From Comamonadaceae bacterium (lineage in GTDB: Bacteria > Pseudomonadota > Gammaproteobacteria > Burkholderiales > Burkholderiaceae_C): 64,000 nucleotides of DNA. Positions 59,218-64,000 of this stretch are shown one piece after another. Under the pieces are notes generated by a model. It saw only the letters and a list, made by a program, of their open reading frames with translations, had not been told where the DNA came from and ran no database searches. The stretch covers positions 24,132 to 88,131 of the forward strand of contig CANBRM010000002.1 in NCBI GenBank assembly GCA_947371915.1, in the 5' to 3' direction. Every line of letters begins with the position of its first letter. The first letter of the stretch is position 1. The position numbers were made by a program, and so were the translations under genes.

Positions 59218-61317
59218 TTAGAGGATTTTTTGCTCGTCGCCGGCAGAGTAAATGTCGATCACGCGGCAGTCGCCGCACATTTTGAGGCGTTCCAGCGCTG
59301 CGCCTTGGAACATGGCATGACCGGCCAATTTGCCAATCATGGCTTCCACACCTTTGAGCGTGCCAAAGGGTTTGCGGCAGCGGATGCAACCGTAGGGCTG
59401 GGTTTCGTTGAGCACGCGCACTTCTTTGCGCTGCGGTGTCAGCAGCAAACGCGGCACCAAGTTCAGCGCTTTTTCAGGACAGGTGCTGACGCACAAGCCG
59501 CACTGCACACAGTTTTTCTCAAAGAAGCGCAGCTGCGGTGCTTGCTGGTTGTCTTGCAAAGCGTTAGCCGGGCAAGCACTGACGCAGCTCATGCACAAGG
59601 TGCAACTGTCTTTGTTGACCTCGACCGTGCCCAAGAAAGCGCCATCGGCGGGCAAGGCCAGCGCTTCAGGGGAGGTGCCAGCTTTCAGGGCGGGTGCATG
59701 TTCCAACAAATGGTCGAGCAAGAAATTCAGCGTGCTGCGCTTCTCAGCCGCTACCGCGAAGGTGGCCAAGGGCACCACCGCGTTCAAGCGCGACTTTCCC
59801 GTGGTAAGGCGTTGCAGCTCTGCATCGAGCTCTAGGGCTTGTATGGCGCGCACCAGTTGCACTGGGGCTTGGGCAGGCTTGGCAAAGCCCAAGCCTTCGA
59901 GCAAAGCTTGTGCTTGGTCCATCTGCGCTTGCAAACCGTCCAAGTATTGCGGTGCCTCCTCTGCGGTGACCAGCACCAGCACTTGGGCCGCGCCATAGGC
60001 CAAGGCCGACAACCACACCTCCAGACCCAAGCTGGCCGTGTGCCAGACCGACACAGGAATGACGTGCGCAGGCACGCCTTGCGCCAACTTGAGCTGCGCC
60101 GCACGGCCCAGCTCTTGCACCACTGCTTGGCCCGCCTCTTGGCTGTGCAACAAGATGACAGCGTCTTTGCCGCCTGCTTTTTGGTAGGTGCTGAGCAGTG
60201 TTTTGAGCTTTTGCCCTTGCTCACTGGCGCGCGGGTAACCGTAGGTCAACGCGCCCGTTGGGCACACGGTGGTACAGGCGCCACAACCCACACATAGGTT
60301 GGGGTTGACCTTGATTTGCTGACGCGACTTGTCAGAGCTGACGGCCTCGGCCGAGCAAATGTCGATGCAAGCGTTACAGCCCACTTGTTCGTTGCGGCTG
60401 TGCGCGCACAGTTTTTGTTTGTAGGCAAAGAACTTGGGCTTTTCAAACTCGCCCACCAACTCGCGCAAACGCATGAGGTTGGCCACGCTGGCTTCGCGAA
60501 AGTAGCCTTGCGGCAAGGCGTGGCGGTTGAAGGAGCTGTGCGCGCGCAGGTCCAACACCAAGTCGAACTCGGCGGTTTCTTCTTGCGCCACGCGCTGAAA
60601 GTCAATCGCGCCGATGGCGCCGCAAGCGGTCACGCAGTCGCGGTGCGAGGTGCATTTGTTCAGGTCGATTTGGTAGTCCAAACCAATTGCTTGCTCGGGG
60701 CAAGCGGCCACGCAGGCGTTGCAGCGGGTACACACATCCAAATCAATCGGGTTGGTGCGCTGCCACGTCAGGGTGAACGCGCCCAACCAACCGTCCACGC
60801 GCAGCACTTTGCCACCCAACACAGGGTAGCGGCGCTCTTGCGCACCACCCGCGTCGCCAGCGCCTTGGGTGAAGATGGTCACGTTCAAGGTGTCGGCCAA
60901 CAAGGTGGCAGCTTTTTCGGCTTGGTCCATGTCGCCCAAGATCAGCAAACGCCCTGCACTTTTGAAGGTGACGGTGGTGACGGGCTCAGGCTCTGGCAAA
61001 TGCGCAGCCGCCAGCAATGCGGCCATTTTGGGAGCGGCGTTTTTGGCATCGCTGCTCCAGCCACCCGTCTCGCGGATGTTGACGAACTTGATGACCGAGG
61101 TTTTGGCTTGCGCCTCCACGGCTAAGTCGCCAAACAGGCGTTGCTCTTGGGTGCAGGCGACCACGACATCGTCGGTGCCTTGCACGGCTTTGACAAACGC
61201 ACCCGCTTCACGACGGCACAAGGCCGTGTGCAGCGTGAGGTCTTCAGAGAGGCTTTGGCTCAGGGCCTTCGGGTCGAGGGGCTGCGTCTGGTTGCAGTCG
61301 CAAATCAGCGTGGTCAT
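59218..61317 (-). CDS. Multi-4Fe-4S binding protein of the fdh cluster
   Basis: CTRCNACVAACP, CNACIDIC, CVGCGACTTVCP, CTLCMSCVSACP, CVQCGLCVSTCP. Confidence 0.9.
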   Translation of the reverse strand: MTTLICDCNQTQPLDPKALSQSLSEDLTLHTALCRREAGAFVKAVQGTDDVVVACTQEQRLFGDLAVEAQAKTSVIKFVNIRETGGWSSDAKNAAPKMAALLAAAHLPEPEPVTTVTFKSAGRLLILGDMDQAEKAATLLADTLNVTIFTQGAGDAGGAQERRYPVLGGKVLRVDGWLGAFTLTWQRTNPIDLDVCTRCNACVAACPEQAIGLDYQIDLNKCTSHRDCVTACGAIGAIDFQRVAQEETAEFDLVLDLRAHSSFNRHALPQGYFREASVANLMRLRELVGEFEKPKFFAYKQKLCAHSRNEQVGCNACIDICSAEAVSSDKSRQQIKVNPNLCVGCGACTTVCPTGALTYGYPRASEQGQKLKTLLSTYQKAGGKDAVILLHSQEAGQAVVQELGRAAQLKLAQGVPAHVIPVSVWHTASLGLEVWLSALAYGAAQVLVLVTAEEAPQYLDGLQAQMDQAQALLEGLGFAKPAQAPVQLVRAIQALELDAELQRLTTGKSRLNAVVPLATFAVAAEKRSTLNFLLDHLLEHAPALKAGTSPEALALPADGAFLGTVEVNKDSCTLCMSCVSACPANALQDNQQAPQLRFFEKNCVQCGLCVSTCPEKALNLVPRLLLTPQRKEVRVLNETQPYGCIRCRKPFGTLKGVEAMIGKLAGHAMFQGAALERLKMCGDCRVIDIYSAGDEQKIL

Positions 61318-61870
61318 GCGTGGGGCTATCTGTGAGTGAAGGGGTGTCGGCAAGCTCGGGCTCGTCGTCAAACAAGTTTAAAAATTTGGCGCTGGTCATT
61401 TGACGCAGCATGGCGAGGGGCAAGGGGTCGGGGATGCCGTAGTCGTCAATGTAGATGTCTAGGCGATCCATCACATTGAAGTGCGGATCGGTGAACAGTT
61501 TTTTCATAGCCGCGTTTTTGACCTCGGGGGCCACGTCGCGGGCCATGAAGTTGGCGTAGCTGGACTCTGGCGTGAGCTGTTCGACGTCCACCAAGGTGGG
61601 CGCGTCGGGTTTTGGCACCTCGGCCTGCGCCGTCGCTTCATCTAGGTCGCTCGCGGCTAAAGGCGAAGGCGAAGCAGGGCCAGCGTGTGGCGAAGCCGTA
61701 GGCTGAACAGTGGCCGCACGCACAGACGGGAGAGCGTTGGACTGCGGCACGGCACGGGTCGAGATGGGGGGCGGTGCTGGCGGTTCATCCAACACGCGGC
61801 CTTCCCGCACCTCCGCTTTTCGGCGCGACCAGCGGCTTAAAAAGCCGATGGGCGTTTCGTCATTGGCCAT
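61244..61870 (-). CDS. DUF3306-domain protein
   Basis: GFLSRWSRRK, AMKKLF.DPHFNVMD.LDIYIDDY. Confidence 0.88.
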   Translation of the reverse strand: MANDETPIGFLSRWSRRKAEVREGRVLDEPPAPPPISTRAVPQSNALPSVRAATVQPTASPHAGPASPSPLAASDLDEATAQAEVPKPDAPTLVDVEQLTPESSYANFMARDVAPEVKNAAMKKLFTDPHFNVMDRLDIYIDDYGIPDPLPLAMLRQMTSAKFLNLFDDEPELADTPSLTDSPTHDHADLRLQPDAAPRPEGPEPKPL

Positions 61871-62462
61871 GGCCTGCGCCTCCGATATTGCCGCCGCCCA
61901 TGCCACCACCACGAATTTTTTCGGTGCTCACCGACGCGGGGTTGCCAAAACGGTCCTTCAAAGCGATGAAGCTGTCGGGGCGTTTGCGGCGCTTAGCCTC
62001 GACCACCCAGTGCTCGTCCATGAATTCATTCATCCACGCCACCACCTCTTGCGGAGCGGGCACTTGGTCCACGTTTTCTTGGGCGTCCAACCAGCGGCCA
62101 GCATCGTGGTAACTCAGGCTGACCATGGTGGGCACGGCCATCACTTCGTCGCTGATGGCGGGCTCTTCTTCCATGCGCCACAACACAAACCAGCACGGTG
62201 CGGGCGTGGTCGTGTTGAGGTAGTAGCCCTCGGCATCGTCTTTGAACAGTTCAACGGTGAAGCCGGGGTGCAGCCACAACTGCTCGTCCTCGGTCTGGCG
62301 CAGGCAACGCGGTGCGGTGCCAAAGTGCGCCTCGTGCGGCGTGAGGTCGTGGCCCACCACATCGTGCAGGACCCAGCGCCACGTTTGCCAACGGCTCATG
62401 GCACCAGGCACGCGCTCGCGGCGCATGACAACAGCAACTTGCAGATAGGGTCGGTGGTTCAT
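61860..62462 (-). CDS. DUF3305-domain protein
   Basis: VAVVMRR, RWQ.WRW, ELFKDDAEGYYLN, SYHDA, KRRKRP. Confidence 0.88.
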   Translation of the reverse strand: MNHRPYLQVAVVMRRERVPGAMSRWQTWRWVLHDVVGHDLTPHEAHFGTAPRCLRQTEDEQLWLHPGFTVELFKDDAEGYYLNTTTPAPCWFVLWRMEEEPAISDEVMAVPTMVSLSYHDAGRWLDAQENVDQVPAPQEVVAWMNEFMDEHWVVEAKRRKRPDSFIALKDRFGNPASVSTEKIRGGGMGGGNIGGAGHGQ

Positions 62463-62509
62463 AGGGCAGCAATGGTACTTGCCCCCGCCGCCCTGCTGTT
62501 TCGCTGGGG

Positions 62510-63781
62510 TTAATACGTCTCTAAATGCAAGCGCCCTTCGCGCTTCAAAGCCGGGGCCACGTTGTCCCAGCCAAGACCGGCGTCGTTGGCGATGTCGCGC
62601 AAAGCCATGACCACGCCTTCTTCCATGCTCTTCAAACCGCAGACATAAAAATACGTGTTGGGGTCTTTGAGCAGGGTGGCCACATCAGCGCTGCGTTCGC
62701 GCATGAGGTCTTGCACGTAGCGCTTGGGCTGGCCAGGCGTGCGTGAGAACGCGAAGTTGGTGTCGATGAAATCTTTGGGCAGCTTTTGCAGCGGTCCAAA
62801 GTAAGGCAACTCTTCTTGGGTGCGAGCACCAAAGAAGAGCATGAGCTTGCCGCCTTCAAACTTGCCACTCGCACGCAAGCGGCGACGCCACTCGGTCATG
62901 GCGCGCATGGGCGCACTGCCAGTGCCCGTGCAAATCATCACGATGTTCGACTTGGGGTGGTTGGGCATCAAGAAACTGGCACCAAAGGGGCCAATCACCT
63001 GCACCGTGTCACCGGTTTTCATGTCGCACAAAAAGTTGGACGCCACGCCTTGCACAGCTTTGCCTTGGTGGTCTTCGACCACACGCTTGACCGTCAACGA
63101 CAGGTTGTTGTAACCAGGGCGCTCGCCGTTGCGTGGGCTGGCAATCGAGTATTGGCGTGCATGGTGGGGCTTGCCTTGTGCGTCCACACCGGGCGGGATG
63201 ATGCCAATCGATTGGCCTTCCAACACGGGGAACGGCAGACTGCCAAAGTCGAGCACGATGTGGTGCGTTTCGTTCGCAGTGCCTGCCTCGTTGACCTGCA
63301 CATTGCCCACCACGCTGGCGGTTACGGGCGCTTTGGGGCCATGCAAATTGGTGTAAGGATGCGCGGCAGACCATGGCGGTGTGCTGGCACCAAACGCGCC
63401 TGAGTTGAAGGCCTCGCCCTCGCCTGGGGTGACGCTGACAGATGCCGCGTCAGGCGCGCCGACTTCGGCGGCCCCATCACCCGACACACCCGCCGCTTGC
63501 AACTCCGCTTCGGTCAAGGCTGCGGGCAACTCGTCCCACGTCAATTGCTCTTCGATGCTGTACGCCGCCACTTTGGGCATGCTGCGCCAGTTGTCGATAG
63601 AGCCCGTGGGGCACGGTGGCACGCAGGCCATGCACAGATTGCATTTGTCCGCGATGACCACGTAATTGCGCGAATCGTGCGTGATCGCCCCCACCGGACA
63701 AGTGGCTTCACAGGTGTTGCATCGGATGCAGATCTCGGGATCGATCAGATGCTGCTGAATGAGTTCGGTGGTGGCGTTCAT
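62510..63781 (-). CDS. boxA: Benzoyl-CoA 2,3-epoxidase reductase subunit BoxA
   Basis: [16 protein letters not shown] 2x4Fe-4S, then FNR domain [28 protein letters not shown]. Confidence 0.95.
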   Translation of the reverse strand: MNATTELIQQHLIDPEICIRCNTCEATCPVGAITHDSRNYVVIADKCNLCMACVPPCPTGSIDNWRSMPKVAAYSIEEQLTWDELPAALTEAELQAAGVSGDGAAEVGAPDAASVSVTPGEGEAFNSGAFGASTPPWSAAHPYTNLHGPKAPVTASVVGNVQVNEAGTANETHHIVLDFGSLPFPVLEGQSIGIIPPGVDAQGKPHHARQYSIASPRNGERPGYNNLSLTVKRVVEDHQGKAVQGVASNFLCDMKTGDTVQVIGPFGASFLMPNHPKSNIVMICTGTGSAPMRAMTEWRRRLRASGKFEGGKLMLFFGARTQEELPYFGPLQKLPKDFIDTNFAFSRTPGQPKRYVQDLMRERSADVATLLKDPNTYFYVCGLKSMEEGVVMALRDIANDAGLGWDNVAPALKREGRLHLETY

Positions 63782-63795
63782 GGCACAAATTTAAC

Positions 63796-64000
63796 TCAGT
63801 TGAAACGGACGTAATCGAAGTCCACGGGCTGACGGTTGATGCCCATGACGGGAGGCGCGATCCAGTTGGCGAACTTGCCTGGCTCGACGCAACGGCCCAT
63901 CAGGCTCGCCACATAGGCGCGGTCTTCGTTGGTTGGCAACCACTCGCCCACTTGGGCCATCCACTGCTCGTCGGTCACCACTTGGCCATCGGGCGTGATC
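63796..64000 (-). CDS. boxB: Benzoyl-CoA 2,3-epoxidase subunit BoxB, C-terminal part only
   Basis: WLPT.EDRAYV.SLMG..VEPGKFANWIAPP..GIN.QPVDFDYVRFN directly upstream of boxA. Confidence 0.9.
   Translation of the reverse strand, partial: ITPDGQVVTDEQWMAQVGEWLPTNEDRAYVASLMGRCVEPGKFANWIAPPVMGINRQPVDFDYVRFN

Noticed and set aside
61244-61317. 74-bp overlap of DUF3306 with the 4Fe-4S gene as a frameshift
   Set aside because: Both ORFs are intact with full motifs; the overlap involves only a low-complexity tail.

Overview
GC-rich betaproteobacterial chromosome segment; gene content and order suggest Comamonadaceae, possibly Limnohabitans-like (inference). In order: an Rrf2/TatD/PHP/DMT/YciO/M50/trpS housekeeping cluster with an inserted secreted ORFan; a complete System I cytochrome c maturation operon (ccmA-I) headed by a GNAT/FemAB-like gene; a Liv-type ABC transporter; and a GntR + ABC transporter + VanA-like Rieske oxygenase operon whose reductase partner is only a 2Fe-2S domain and which ends in a CLC-F-type fluoride antiporter. 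Next come an orphan kinase/DUF2237 operon and IorAB-like molybdoenzyme genes. An apparently accessory block (about 34.7-43.9 kb) abuts the 3' end of tRNA-Ser(CGA) and holds LysR-Bug-sulfatase, a Cys-rich pseudogene, a tandem-TerB repeat protein and an AT-rich two-component pair. The rest is serS/ispH/fkpB/radC/Smr, a truncated globin with a YbbP-like permease, a Tat-exported formate dehydrogenase cluster, and boxA plus the end of boxB. Best novelty candidates: the reductase-less VanA/ferredoxin/fluoride-exporter module and the tRNA-Ser-linked tandem-TerB module. No CRISPR array, rRNA, integrase or transposase was seen. All calls come from motif recognition by eye; no database searches were run.
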